DNA of 64,000 bases from a virus. A program made the translations under genes and the position numbers. The DNA is taken from the IMG/VR virus record IMGVR_UViG_3300006056_000037. One strand, given 5' to 3'. Of the stretch, positions 1-10,008 are shown piece by piece (the stretch's first letter is position 1; each line of letters begins with the position of its first letter). The notes beneath the pieces were generated by a model, which made no database searches, was not told where the DNA came from, and saw only the letters and a list, made by a program, of their open reading frames with translations.

Positions 1-123
1 GTCCCACGCGGCTCCTTTCGCTTGCTTGCGTTTGTCGGCTTCGGCCTTCGCGTCCTGCTTTCGTTTCCGAAGCTGTTTCTCGTACTTCGGGTCCATGTCC
101 ACTTTCGACTGTGGGTCTGCCAT
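1..123 (-). CDS. Partial hypothetical protein (runs off window start), Lys/Ala-rich N-terminus
   Basis: ATG at 123 preceded by GGAGG, directly after the sigma factor stop; reads MADPQSKVDMDPKYEKQLRKRKQDAK... open to position 1. Confidence 0.6.
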   Translation of the reverse strand, partial: MADPQSKVDMDPKYEKQLRKRKQDAKAEADKRKQAKGAAWD

Positions 124-125
124 GC

Positions 126-881
126 TCAGCCTCCAAATGGTGATAACTCGTACTCTTCATCCAGCATCGCCTGGATGCGGGCCTTCGCTTGCGAAATGGC
201 TCCAGGCGATCTGTTCATCTTCGCCGCGATCTCCTGATTCGGTAAAGGACGACGCCCGTTCAACCCGAAGGCGTACTCCATTACTTTTTTGTGGTGATCG
301 TCCAACTCGTCGTACACGAGTTCTTGCCAATGAGATCTCTGAGGTTTGGCGTTAGGTACAGTGACGCCTCCGCCAGCGAAACCTACACCTTGTTCTTCCA
401 AATCTGAAATATGCCCTTCGGATAATCCCGACTTGTAGCTCCGTACCTTAGACATCCGGGACGGACTAAAACCCGTAAAGTCGGCCAACTGTTCGTCAGT
501 CGGTTCGCGACCTAATTGGGCCGTTAATTCTTTTGTGGCATTATCCAGGTGGAACTTATCCAGCTGGATACGCTCAGGCACCCGCAGGATGGTCGTTTGC
601 TGGCGATTAGCTCGCTTTAGACCGAGCAAATGGTTGTACATATGGCTAGACAGCCTCCCGCGCTTCGGATCGTAGCTATTGAGGCCCTGTAACGCCATAA
701 CACGTGCCCGACTAATAAGCAGTGGATTTGGTTCTCCAACGTGTGTACGAATAGCCCCTTCAATCGTGGGCTGTAAGGCTTTGAGCATAGCTCCGTTCGT
801 CTCCGGGCCTGGTGTCTTTTTCCAGGCCGTGTACGTGGGCCGCAGATCATCTTCCAACATGTCAGAAGCCGCACCGATCAT
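126..881 (-). CDS. Sigma70-family RNA polymerase sigma factor (phage-encoded, group 3-like)
   Basis: Region 2-like LNSYDPKRGRLSSHM, ILRVP; region 3 LTAQLGREPTDEQLADFTG; region 4 HTH ELDDHHKKVMEYAFGLNGRRPLPNQEIAAKMNRSPGAISQ. Confidence 0.85.
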   Translation of the reverse strand: MIGAASDMLEDDLRPTYTAWKKTPGPETNGAMLKALQPTIEGAIRTHVGEPNPLLISRARVMALQGLNSYDPKRGRLSSHMYNHLLGLKRANRQQTTILRVPERIQLDKFHLDNATKELTAQLGREPTDEQLADFTGFSPSRMSKVRSYKSGLSEGHISDLEEQGVGFAGGGVTVPNAKPQRSHWQELVYDELDDHHKKVMEYAFGLNGRRPLPNQEIAAKMNRSPGAISQAKARIQAMLDEEYELSPFGG

Positions 882-890
882 AACTCCTCC

Positions 891-2615
891 TTACGCCGCG
901 ACGGCGGGTTGATTAGGCCCGTCGCCCGCAAACGGATTAGCAACTGCGTCCGGAAACTCGTAGTCCTCGACCAAAGGACTTCCGTGCTTACCATCGCCGT
1001 GAATACTAGAACCAAACAACGGATGCCCGCTCGTACTCGTTCGCTCGATAGTGTTTTCTAGTTCTGTGCGAACATGGCTCAACTGGAAAGACGTGCCGGC
1101 TAGCCCAGCTTCTGCATTGATCGATACTGTGACCCGTTGCACGCAACCGTACAGTGTGGTGGCCAGATCGTTCTGTCCCGCACCTATGAACTTCTCGGAC
1201 GTTGCGTTTAGCTTCAGTATCGCCAGCGGCGCGATGTCAAAGCGGAGCTTACCCGAAAATGCCCCGGTTTGGCCCCGAGCCATTTGGTTTAAATACACAG
1301 TCTTCGCATAGGCTGTGTACAACTTGTTGACGTTAATCCCGACAGTGTCTGGATCCTCCGGCGGCTTAGTCGAACTATCCGCTGTAGTTGATGTCTGGCT
1401 GGGTTTAGTTTTTACCAGGCCAGACGTCTCTCCGGAGTAGTTCGGCTGAACGTGGAGTGATCGCAACCACGCCGGCGACGGTACGTAAAGAAACATCCCG
1501 TCCCCCGGCGAAACTGAGTCTTCGATGTACATCCCGCCGATCACCGGAACAACTTCGCCGTTGGCTTCTAGGCCTGCTACGGTTTGACTTTCGTATCCCG
1601 TCACCACACCCACGGCTCTTAACGGTCTGTGAAGTTCCCGAGACAAGTCGTACGAGTCGTACTCGTCTGTGAAGATCTCTTTCCAGAACCCACCGTTAAA
1701 CGACGGAACGTCTGCAACGACTATCGCAGAGTCAACCATCGGGACCACAGCCATACCGAACATAGGACAGAACTGCCCTACGAGCTTGTCCCAGAAAGAC
1801 GTTGAAGCGTACGACTCGACGAACTCATTGCCTAAGGCCAGAGCTATGGCGCTCTCCACGGTCGATACACCGTACGTTTCCATCTCTAACGGCACGCCAT
1901 ACTTGTATGGCGTATTGCAACCGTCAGCCGGTCCTTCAATTTTGTCTAACGCGTAAAGTGCTGCGCTGTTTATTTGGGCCACGCCGGTACCTCCGGCGTT
2001 CCCTTGGGGGCCGCAAGGCATCGTCGGAATAAGACTCAGGGCACAAAACACGGACTTTATCGCGACCCACAGATCCGTCTGTACATAAAACGAACAGAGC
2101 TGGGCCGGAGCCAGCAAGAAAATGTAGTTGCCTTCACCGCCGATCGTAGTGCCCAAGGATTCCAACACCGCTGCGGAGTTTAATTGTGTCGGGTTGGATA
2201 CATGTCCGTTTTTGGTAAGTGCGGACGAAAAGTTCAACGCAGCTAACCAGTGCACCAAGTGCGCCACCACGTAGACTTTGCCGGCGACCGTACGGTAGGC
2301 GAACCCAGTAAAGTACCCCTCAAATATCTTTTTGCGTCCCACGGGCCAGTCCAGGCCCGGAGCGTATTCGCCCTTCGGCTCGAACCAGACGTAGACTTTT
2401 TGCATTTGCTGCAGCTTCGCACCGTGGATCTTCGCAAAATCTAACGTCCGCACGTCTCGCCCGATCCCGAGCATAACGACTGCTGTAGGTATTTCGTTCG
2501 CGGCCCATGATGACGAGTATTGCGCAATCTCGAACTCGTTGACGCCCTCCACTTCTAACGTAAGGGAGTCCTTCACCGCTAAGTCCGTATAGACGTAGTT
2601 TTTAACTTGCTGCAT
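891..2615 (-). CDS. Putative baseplate hub / tail structural protein
   Basis: 574-aa ORF downstream of the tape measure; N-terminal beta-rich segment (EFEIAQYSSSWAANEIPTAVVML) and C-terminal FSGKLRFDIAP resemble gp27/gpD-like hubs; mainly positional. Confidence 0.45.
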   Translation of the reverse strand: MQQVKNYVYTDLAVKDSLTLEVEGVNEFEIAQYSSSWAANEIPTAVVMLGIGRDVRTLDFAKIHGAKLQQMQKVYVWFEPKGEYAPGLDWPVGRKKIFEGYFTGFAYRTVAGKVYVVAHLVHWLAALNFSSALTKNGHVSNPTQLNSAAVLESLGTTIGGEGNYIFLLAPAQLCSFYVQTDLWVAIKSVFCALSLIPTMPCGPQGNAGGTGVAQINSAALYALDKIEGPADGCNTPYKYGVPLEMETYGVSTVESAIALALGNEFVESYASTSFWDKLVGQFCPMFGMAVVPMVDSAIVVADVPSFNGGFWKEIFTDEYDSYDLSRELHRPLRAVGVVTGYESQTVAGLEANGEVVPVIGGMYIEDSVSPGDGMFLYVPSPAWLRSLHVQPNYSGETSGLVKTKPSQTSTTADSSTKPPEDPDTVGINVNKLYTAYAKTVYLNQMARGQTGAFSGKLRFDIAPLAILKLNATSEKFIGAGQNDLATTLYGCVQRVTVSINAEAGLAGTSFQLSHVRTELENTIERTSTSGHPLFGSSIHGDGKHGSPLVEDYEFPDAVANPFAGDGPNQPAVAA

Positions 2616-3399
2616 CGATTGTCCCCGGAGCTGCGACGCGTATCAGGTCTGTGCGGTACACCAAGGCACACACAATAGCAGACAACCGCAAAGGCACTTC
2701 TAACTTTCGAAAGAACAACGCCCGGAACGTGGACCAAGGTTCGACGGCTGTTACGCCAAATATGGCGTTAAGTGTCGGTTCTCCTAACTGCGATAACGTT
2801 TGGCACAAGGTCGACACGTCACGTTGCGGCTTTGCGTAGAGGTCAACAGCGAATTCCTGTCCGGTAGCTTCAGACGATAATCGAATATCGCATCCGCTTC
2901 CCGGTAGCTTCACGCGAGAGTTCGCGGTGAATTCAAAAACCACTTTTGAGATTGGCCGTGTACGTCGTTCGATAGTGGCTTGCCCGGGTGCCAGTGTTTT
3001 GATGTTGTAACTGTGATGCACCAGCCCGGAAGCATCCGGATCTCCGGGTTCGCCTAACACGGTGCACGTGCCGGAGCCTGCAGCAAGACTGACTTTGGGT
3101 TTCCAAATATCCGGGTCTACTAGTTGCTTGCTGTCGAACTTGTACGTGACCCTAGGGTCCATAGCGTAGACGTATTCCGCCAAGGGTGTCGCGTGGACCA
3201 AGGCTAGGAGCTGCCGGGTACGTATGTTTTTCATGTGCCGATCAGGTTCCGCCCCAAACAATACCCGATGGACCTGCAGAAGCGGCGTTGTAAGCGACAC
3301 AGCCTTGAACGCAGGATCAATCAGCTCTTCCGCCAAATGATCCAAGAACGGCGAGGATCCACTCACGTTCATTAGCAAGTTTCTGAAATGATTGAGCAT
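2602..3399 (-). CDS. Hypothetical tail/baseplate-region protein
   Basis: Long ORF, start at 3399 (MLNHFRN) coupled to the upstream stop. Confidence 0.6.
   Translation of the reverse strand: MLNHFRNLLMNVSGSSPFLDHLAEELIDPAFKAVSLTTPLLQVHRVLFGAEPDRHMKNIRTRQLLALVHATPLAEYVYAMDPRVTYKFDSKQLVDPDIWKPKVSLAAGSGTCTVLGEPGDPDASGLVHHSYNIKTLAPGQATIERRTRPISKVVFEFTANSRVKLPGSGCDIRLSSEATGQEFAVDLYAKPQRDVSTLCQTLSQLGEPTLNAIFGVTAVEPWSTFRALFFRKLEVPLRLSAIVCALVYRTDLIRVAAPGTIDAAS
2930..2953 (-). repeat. 24-bp dyad motif copy 1 (intragenic)
   Basis: Minus strand AATCTCAAAA-GTGG-TTTTTGAATT. Confidence 0.85.
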
Positions 3400-3863
3400 T
3401 ATCCGTCCTCCGGAAGCGATGCGAGATTTACCCCCCACTGCACCAACCGCAAAGACGGATCTACCACGTCTTCCGTAAACGACGTCGCGAAACCTTCAAT
3501 GACCGTCTTGCCTAACGTCACCCGCATAGGCGAGGCTCGCTTGCTGGCCCGGTTCTTTTTGTACCAGGCCAGCATCTTCTCCGCCCCCAAGTCAGAACCG
3601 TCCGGACATTCGCACGCAAAGGACAACCCAGACAGGGAGACCTGCCCCATACGGTCGCCAAACACGTAGATGTAAATAAGCGATCCTAGTGTATGCAGAA
3701 ATTGCACGTTCACCTGCTGACTAATCGTGAGACGCGTCACGATGGATCGCTCGGACTCAAACGAGATATCCGGGTCAAGCGAGAGAAAGTTCGTTGAGCA
3801 CGACAACGCAGGATCGTCCAATTGCACGACCTGTCCTGGTTTGGTAGCGAACACAAGCGGCAT
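3399..3863 (-). CDS. Putative tail tube initiator / baseplate tube-like protein
   Basis: Start overlaps the tape measure stop (TAATG); ISQQVNVQFLHTLGSLIYIYVFGDRMGQVSLSG resembles tube-fold initiators; position after tape measure. Confidence 0.5.
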   Translation of the reverse strand: MPLVFATKPGQVVQLDDPALSCSTNFLSLDPDISFESERSIVTRLTISQQVNVQFLHTLGSLIYIYVFGDRMGQVSLSGLSFACECPDGSDLGAEKMLAWYKKNRASKRASPMRVTLGKTVIEGFATSFTEDVVDPSLRLVQWGVNLASLPEDG

Positions 3864-6800
3864 TAAGTAAGCCCTCCTGGCACGAATGCACGACCACCAC
3901 CCCAAGCTCCGGCAAGATCGATTCGATCGCCTTTGAGCGTGACAGATCCGGACATTTCAATTTTGGTAGGCGTTTGCTGTCCGTTGGCTTCCGGTCCGCC
4001 GCGAAGCTCTCCATTCGTTTCAGCCAAAGCCTGGATCTTGGACCGCAACGCGTTTCTGTCCCCAGTGAACGATAGCAGGCCCGTCTGCTGTTGGAACTGT
4101 AAGGCGCGTTGGAACCGTTCGAACTGGCTGTTCGAGTCTCCTGTGACTTGGTTGAACTTGTCCAGGTCGTACATTCCGTACGTCTTACGGAACGCCACCA
4201 TGTCTTCCGGTTTCTGGCTCTTAAGTGCTTCAAAGTAGGAGCGGGCCATTGCGTCAATGCCCTGCATACCTGCAGCACCGCCAGCCCTCTTTTTCGCAAC
4301 ATCCAACAGTTCCCGCTGACTGGTAAGTACACGTTCACCCATACCTCGCCCTGCAGCGCTGTTGAGCATCTTCGAAAAGTCTTGCTCAAACGTGCTGGGT
4401 GTGTCTCCGACGCCCATTCCGTATTCTTTGAGAATGTCGCGTCCCAGATCCAAAGGACTAGCGTTCAACTTACCCAAAGCTCGTCTTTGTTGTTCTTGAA
4501 TACGTCGCAGAACGCTGCTGGCCCCCAACAACCTCTCAGGCTGGACGCCCAGACCGCTGGCGATGTCTTCCACTTTATCCAAAGCCATGCGTCGCTCTGC
4601 GTTGGCTCCGCGAAACTGCGTCAAACCATCTCGGTCAATCCAGCCCTGCCCTAACAGATACGCAGATGCTGTTACGCCGCGAGCTCTCGCGTCTTCGTTG
4701 ACGGTGGCTTCAGCTGCTGCCATGCTTTTCTTCCGTCCACCTAACAACCCCTCCAAATGTGCCAGAGAGTCTTGCAAACGAGCACGTGTCGAATTAGTGC
4801 CTGGGTTGGAGATATCGTCACCTAGCGTACCTAGGCTGAACTTCACGGATGCGATGTCTTTTTCTAGCCGTTCTGCGGCTCCGTGGTCCGCCAAGAACCC
4901 GCGGGCTACTTTATCCCGTCTTGCCTTTTGCTCCGGGGTCAACAACCACTTCTCACCCTCCGAACTCAATTTATCGACGCTGATACCTTTGCGACTGGCC
5001 ATGAGCTTAACGCGTTTGTCTTTCTCTTCGTACGCGGCAAGGTTGGTCTCGTCGTCCGTACGCAATCGCCGAACAACTGCGACGTCAGCTATGGTCTTAT
5101 CTAGTTCTTCTTGTTGTGCGGGCGTTAGCGTGGCTGTAGCCCCGAAACGCAACAACCGACGCGCTTCCTGTTCGTTGCCCCAGTCCTCGCGGAGCTTGTC
5201 GACCAGGATCTTGTCGTCCGTATGTAGTTTGTCCTTTCCTAGCTTCATACGGGACCGTACGGTATCCGGATGGTACAGACCCTGCCGAACCTCCAAAACG
5301 CGTTCGGCGTATGCCGCCTTACGTTTCGCAAAGGCTTCGTCCGTCTCTCCGGGCTGTTGCGGTGTAAGTGGTCCAATGACCTCCATAGCGTGGCGATCTG
5401 TGGCCAAACCTCCCTGCACAGCCCGTATCTTCTTTGCGAGATCCCCGTCCGGCCCGCTGTCCTTGAGCTGTTCTTGCGAGATGTTGAGAAGCGCCATGGC
5501 TTCTTCCGCGGACGCTACACCTGTTTGCATCTTTTTGAGCGTAGCTGTCCGTGCCGTGGGCGATAGCGCATCCCACCGGCTCGTTCCGTACAGGACACGA
5601 GCTTCGTCCTCGCTACCGGCACCAAAGCGTACAGCTGTAACGGCAGCTAACTGGAGGTCTGACAAGTCCCGAACACCGTCAGGTACACGTGCAATTCTTC
5701 GGGCAGATTCCTCTCCACCCACCTGGACACGCATGCGTTCGAAGTTCAAGGCTTGTCCCGGAGTCAGCCCCGACGCAAGAATCTCGTCGGCTTGAGCTCG
5801 GCTTAACGTACCAGCTTTGACCTTAGCTTCGATTACTTGTCGTCGGAACGTGGCCTCGTCCCCTAACTGGAAACGACGACCCTGCGACCCTTCCTGGCTG
5901 AGCAGTTCTGTGATAGACGCCCGCTGCCGATCTTGGATTGCGTTCACCTCTGCTTTTATCTTCGTCGTAAGTTCCAAAAGCTTTGCAGGATCCTTTTCTT
6001 TTATCCCGGTGAAATCGTGTGCCATCAGTTTCGAAAGATCGCCACCCGTGTGATACATCGCCAACTCTCGCAGGCGTTGTTGATCTTCCCGCAAAGTCTC
6101 CGCCATTTCGAACGCACGCGTCCCCATCATGTTGCCGACTTTAGGTGACGTAACTAGACGCTCTGCCACCGTGTCGATGTCTCCGAAGGTCTTGCGTGTT
6201 TGATCCCGGAAAGCCCTGCCGTCATCCGTTTTCCAGAAGTCCGCAAACCGTTGTCGCAACTGTTCCGTAGCTTTCGGATCGCTATAAGCCCCTTCCACAC
6301 GCATACCGAACAATTCGGCGATTGCCTCAGATTCCCCAAGCGGGCCTTGATATGCTTTGGGATCAGTCGTACGTACCTTCGCAATATGGGCGTCTACGAT
6401 CTCCTTATCCAAACCTAGGCGTCTTGCTCGAATACGCGCGCTTGCAATCTCCGCAGCTTCTTCCCGCGTGATGTCTGGATGCTGCTTTTGAATCTCAGCG
6501 ATAGCTTCTTCGGACGGTGCAACAGGTAGAGACCGTCGACGCCCTCGTATTATCGCAGAAGCCACCGCATCGTCACTTCTGGCAAGCTCCGGCGTAATGG
6601 CATTGAGATCCGCTGGCCCGACATCCGTGCTGTCCTGAAGCATCATATTGAACGCCGCTCGCTGCAGTGCGTTCATGTTGAAACCAATACGGGCCGGATC
6701 TTTTCTCACAGAATCAACGTACCGATCCAGAACTTGTTTTTGCTTCTCGCTCAGTTTAGCTTTCGGGTCCCCGTCAATGTGTCTGCGGATAACGCTCAAA

Positions 6801-9490
6801 TCGGCCTTACGGCTGGCGATTACCGCGGCCATCTTGTCCGTATCCGTCAATGCCCCGAGTAGCGGATCTCGTGAATCTGCATCCTTGTCCAGACTATTCC
6901 GAAACTCCTGAAGGTTACGAGCAGAAACCTCCGCCCCGAAATTGCCCTGCACGCCCACAATGTCACGCTGGGCGGTCAGAAGCTCCCGAGAGGTGCCAAG
7001 GGCTCGCACCAGGTCTTTGTGTGTCAACGACTCCGTACTGAATAAGCCGAATTGCTCTCCCGTCTTAGCCAACGTGGAGGCTTGTCCTGCAAGCTCTCTT
7101 CGGGATACTTCCAGACGCTCCAAGATAGCCGTACGTTGGCTCGGATCCGTGACACTCGCCAGACTCGCCTGCAAATCTTCAATTAGTTTTCGCTGGGCTG
7201 TCAAATTCTGGAACTTAGGCAAAAGCGACTTATTGATGTCGTTTATGCTCACCCCGCCCAGACTTTCTGCGATAACGGACAACATCGCAGTAGGATCGTC
7301 GGAACGTACGTTCTTTACGGCTTCCAGGGCTCGCGAGAGCATAGAACCGTGACCTAGCGGAGCCAAAGCTTCCTGCATGCTGGCAGAGAACTTCGCAGCC
7401 ATCTGCTGCCCCTCTGCCGCGTCCAAAGTCGATCGATTGGTCAGTCGGTGCATATTCTGCAAATTGCCGAACGATCGGTACGCACTTTCGCGGATAGCCC
7501 GGTTAGCTGCACCGTAGAATCGATCCGCTGTCTGCGTCAGGAAATCACGCCGCTGCGAATGGTCTAGGCCTTCCAACACGCTACTGGAGCCCACAGCCCC
7601 AAGTTCTTCTTGAATGATGTCCGCGATGCCTTGGTTGCGTAAATTGTTGTCCGCAAACTCCTCCGTGCTCATATCGAACATGCGGCGGGTGACTTTCTGC
7701 GAAATACCGGCAGCTGCTTCCATAGCCTGTGCCGTTGCTTCCTTGACACCCAACCCGGGATTACGGCGTAGGATCTGATCGCGGAAGCGGGCCGTAAGCG
7801 TCTCTTGCATACGGTGACCTACGAACGGATGCACCTCCGCTTCGCCCTGCAGCCGTCGAACCGTATCGCTCATACCGTAGCGTTCGATATGTTCGCGATT
7901 TGTGTCTCGCTGTCCCAACATCGTTTGGACGTCGCCTTCGGATACCGTCATCGTACCGTTAGCGTTACGAGCCCCCGCCATTAACCGCGTGAAGTCTCGG
8001 TCGCTTAGCATGATAGATCCAAGCTCCCCGGTAGATTTGCGATACTCCGTGAGGCCTCCACGTATCGCAGCAACGTATCGTCCGGCATCGCTATTGGGGT
8101 CGAAACCGCCAACGGATTCTGCCAGGCGTGACGCAACGGCCATCCGGTTTGCGGTGTTCGAACTGCCTGCTTGAATGCGTAGGTTTGTATCCAGTTGTTG
8201 GATTTGGTCCGCACTCATAGCCCCCCAAGCTACGTGAGCTGCGTGGCCCTGGGCACGGTACGCTCCGCCAAACGCCAGACCTCCCTGCGTAGCCTGGATA
8301 GCGAAGATAGGATCCATACCCATTTGGCTTGCACGATTCGCGGCGTGCTGTTGAATCATGAGCACGTTTTCCATGCTCACGCCGGTTTGCTTGGCTAGAT
8401 TGTGCGTCTGGCGAACCATAGACGTCATACGGCTAGGATCGATTTGGTTCATGCCGTTCATCGTCAAAGCTTCGATACCTGCGATGAGTTCAGCCATGGG
8501 GGCGTTAGCGTGACCCATATCTCCAAATATGTCCCGCATAGCGGAAACGACGCCGACGTAAGACTTGATCGATTTCTTGATGCTCTCCGTGTCGAACGAT
8601 CGCAACTTGTCTGCAACGCGAGGATCCAAACGCAGTTTGTCCAGATCCTCGGCGGTAAGACCTCCAGGTTTCGTGGGATCGACTCCTGTCGCCAAAGCTG
8701 CCCGACTTACATCGTTGGGTGCGAATTGCCGCATTTCCGAGATCGCACGCAACGTACCGGCTCGCGGATCGTCTCCACGCATACCGTAAAAACGACTGGA
8801 TGCTGCAGACGTGCCGACCATCCCACGCATCTGGAGTTCTTGGGCCAAGCTACCCACGTTACCGGCACTGATGCCTCGCATGTCCGGCATGTAATCTCGT
8901 CCGTAGAGATCGCCGTACATCCGCATGGAGAGCGCTCCAACGGATTCTGCAGACATACCCATTCGACCTGTAACAGGATCCATACGATAACGCCCGGCTT
9001 CCATAAGCCGCTTAGCCATTACCGTAGAAGAACCTTTAACCCCGCCCAACTTATCGAGAAAGTCGGGCATCATCTCGGCGAACAAGGGTGACATGGTTGC
9101 AGCGGATTGAGCCAAGGACTGTGCGGCTCTTCGCTGCTCGCTTCCGAAAGGTGTACCAGACAAAACAGCCAGACCACCCAAAGTCTTTGCATATTCGTCA
9201 CGGTCAGCTTGTGCGGCCATCTGCATGGCTTGCATTTGCATTAGCGTGTACCGTTGCTTCATCAAGCGGTCGTACACGTTCTGATCGTGGTCCAGCCCCA
9301 TTGGCGTCATGCCGACTTCACCCATCATCCGCTGAAAGCGTCCGTTCATAGCCATTGTGACTAAGCTACCGGACAGACCGCTGGTGAACGGCAGACCTTG
9401 CGTACCGAGTGCGCGGTGAGGTGCGTACCCGGCAGCGAGAGGGCGATAGGTCATACCGGCGCTGGTTAGCATTGCGTAGGACGGATCCAC
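3863..9490 (-). CDS. Tail tape measure protein (~1875 aa)
   Basis: Very long Ala/Gly/Leu-rich helical ORF directly after the frameshifted chaperone pair; likely GTG start at 9490 after CACGGAGG. Confidence 0.8.
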   Translation of the reverse strand: MDPSYAMLTSAGMTYRPLAAGYAPHRALGTQGLPFTSGLSGSLVTMAMNGRFQRMMGEVGMTPMGLDHDQNVYDRLMKQRYTLMQMQAMQMAAQADRDEYAKTLGGLAVLSGTPFGSEQRRAAQSLAQSAATMSPLFAEMMPDFLDKLGGVKGSSTVMAKRLMEAGRYRMDPVTGRMGMSAESVGALSMRMYGDLYGRDYMPDMRGISAGNVGSLAQELQMRGMVGTSAASSRFYGMRGDDPRAGTLRAISEMRQFAPNDVSRAALATGVDPTKPGGLTAEDLDKLRLDPRVADKLRSFDTESIKKSIKSYVGVVSAMRDIFGDMGHANAPMAELIAGIEALTMNGMNQIDPSRMTSMVRQTHNLAKQTGVSMENVLMIQQHAANRASQMGMDPIFAIQATQGGLAFGGAYRAQGHAAHVAWGAMSADQIQQLDTNLRIQAGSSNTANRMAVASRLAESVGGFDPNSDAGRYVAAIRGGLTEYRKSTGELGSIMLSDRDFTRLMAGARNANGTMTVSEGDVQTMLGQRDTNREHIERYGMSDTVRRLQGEAEVHPFVGHRMQETLTARFRDQILRRNPGLGVKEATAQAMEAAAGISQKVTRRMFDMSTEEFADNNLRNQGIADIIQEELGAVGSSSVLEGLDHSQRRDFLTQTADRFYGAANRAIRESAYRSFGNLQNMHRLTNRSTLDAAEGQQMAAKFSASMQEALAPLGHGSMLSRALEAVKNVRSDDPTAMLSVIAESLGGVSINDINKSLLPKFQNLTAQRKLIEDLQASLASVTDPSQRTAILERLEVSRRELAGQASTLAKTGEQFGLFSTESLTHKDLVRALGTSRELLTAQRDIVGVQGNFGAEVSARNLQEFRNSLDKDADSRDPLLGALTDTDKMAAVIASRKADLSVIRRHIDGDPKAKLSEKQKQVLDRYVDSVRKDPARIGFNMNALQRAAFNMMLQDSTDVGPADLNAITPELARSDDAVASAIIRGRRRSLPVAPSEEAIAEIQKQHPDITREEAAEIASARIRARRLGLDKEIVDAHIAKVRTTDPKAYQGPLGESEAIAELFGMRVEGAYSDPKATEQLRQRFADFWKTDDGRAFRDQTRKTFGDIDTVAERLVTSPKVGNMMGTRAFEMAETLREDQQRLRELAMYHTGGDLSKLMAHDFTGIKEKDPAKLLELTTKIKAEVNAIQDRQRASITELLSQEGSQGRRFQLGDEATFRRQVIEAKVKAGTLSRAQADEILASGLTPGQALNFERMRVQVGGEESARRIARVPDGVRDLSDLQLAAVTAVRFGAGSEDEARVLYGTSRWDALSPTARTATLKKMQTGVASAEEAMALLNISQEQLKDSGPDGDLAKKIRAVQGGLATDRHAMEVIGPLTPQQPGETDEAFAKRKAAYAERVLEVRQGLYHPDTVRSRMKLGKDKLHTDDKILVDKLREDWGNEQEARRLLRFGATATLTPAQQEELDKTIADVAVVRRLRTDDETNLAAYEEKDKRVKLMASRKGISVDKLSSEGEKWLLTPEQKARRDKVARGFLADHGAAERLEKDIASVKFSLGTLGDDISNPGTNSTRARLQDSLAHLEGLLGGRKKSMAAAEATVNEDARARGVTASAYLLGQGWIDRDGLTQFRGANAERRMALDKVEDIASGLGVQPERLLGASSVLRRIQEQQRRALGKLNASPLDLGRDILKEYGMGVGDTPSTFEQDFSKMLNSAAGRGMGERVLTSQRELLDVAKKRAGGAAGMQGIDAMARSYFEALKSQKPEDMVAFRKTYGMYDLDKFNQVTGDSNSQFERFQRALQFQQQTGLLSFTGDRNALRSKIQALAETNGELRGGPEANGQQTPTKIEMSGSVTLKGDRIDLAGAWGGGRAFVPGGLT

Positions 9491-9504
9491 AAATAACCTC
9501 CGTG

Positions 9505-10008
9505 TCATCTTGTGGCAAACTTGGCGTTACGCTCACGTGTCAAACGGTCGATTCGCTCGTTGTCTGTCTCGGCAGGAGCGGCAGACGTATCCGGGTTCTG
9601 CAGTCGCTCGTAGTCTTGCAACAGTTTCGCTCTAAACTCCGGATCGTCCGGATCCCCAACAAGGTGTTTGTACATTTCGATAACACTGTTGGTGGTGCTG
9701 TCTTTGTGCAGCTTAGATTCCGTCGCAGCCCAGGGATGCGTCGTATCTACCAAGTCGTTAAAGAACTCCTTGGCCCGCTTTTGTGCGTCTTCAAACGATT
9801 TAGTTTCCAGCCCACTATTACCGACCAGGGAACGCTGAAGGTCGAAAGCTGCCCGTATCACCACAGTAGCATCTTCTGCAGCCATCGTCTTTATGAGTGC
9901 GTTAGTGCGTCGCCACCAACGCACATCATGGATGCGGGCCTTGGAGAAGTCTATAACTCCGCGGACCGCAGCCCGCAACGTTAGGACTGCTCCCCGGTCG
10001 GTTTCCAA
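9505..10008 (-). CDS. Tail assembly chaperone, -1 frame extension (gpT-like)
   Basis: Overlaps the end of the upstream chaperone in the -1 frame, starting at a G GAT TTT slippery site; only a TTG start; precedes tape measure. Confidence 0.65.
   Translation of the reverse strand: METDRGAVLTLRAAVRGVIDFSKARIHDVRWWRRTNALIKTMAAEDATVVIRAAFDLQRSLVGNSGLETKSFEDAQKRAKEFFNDLVDTTHPWAATESKLHKDSTTNSVIEMYKHLVGDPDDPEFRAKLLQDYERLQNPDTSAAPAETDNERIDRLTRERNAKFATR

Noticed and set aside
4563..5795. 410-aa plus-strand ORF
   Set aside because: Antisense shadow of the tape measure gene, Ser/Arg-rich with no recognisable motif
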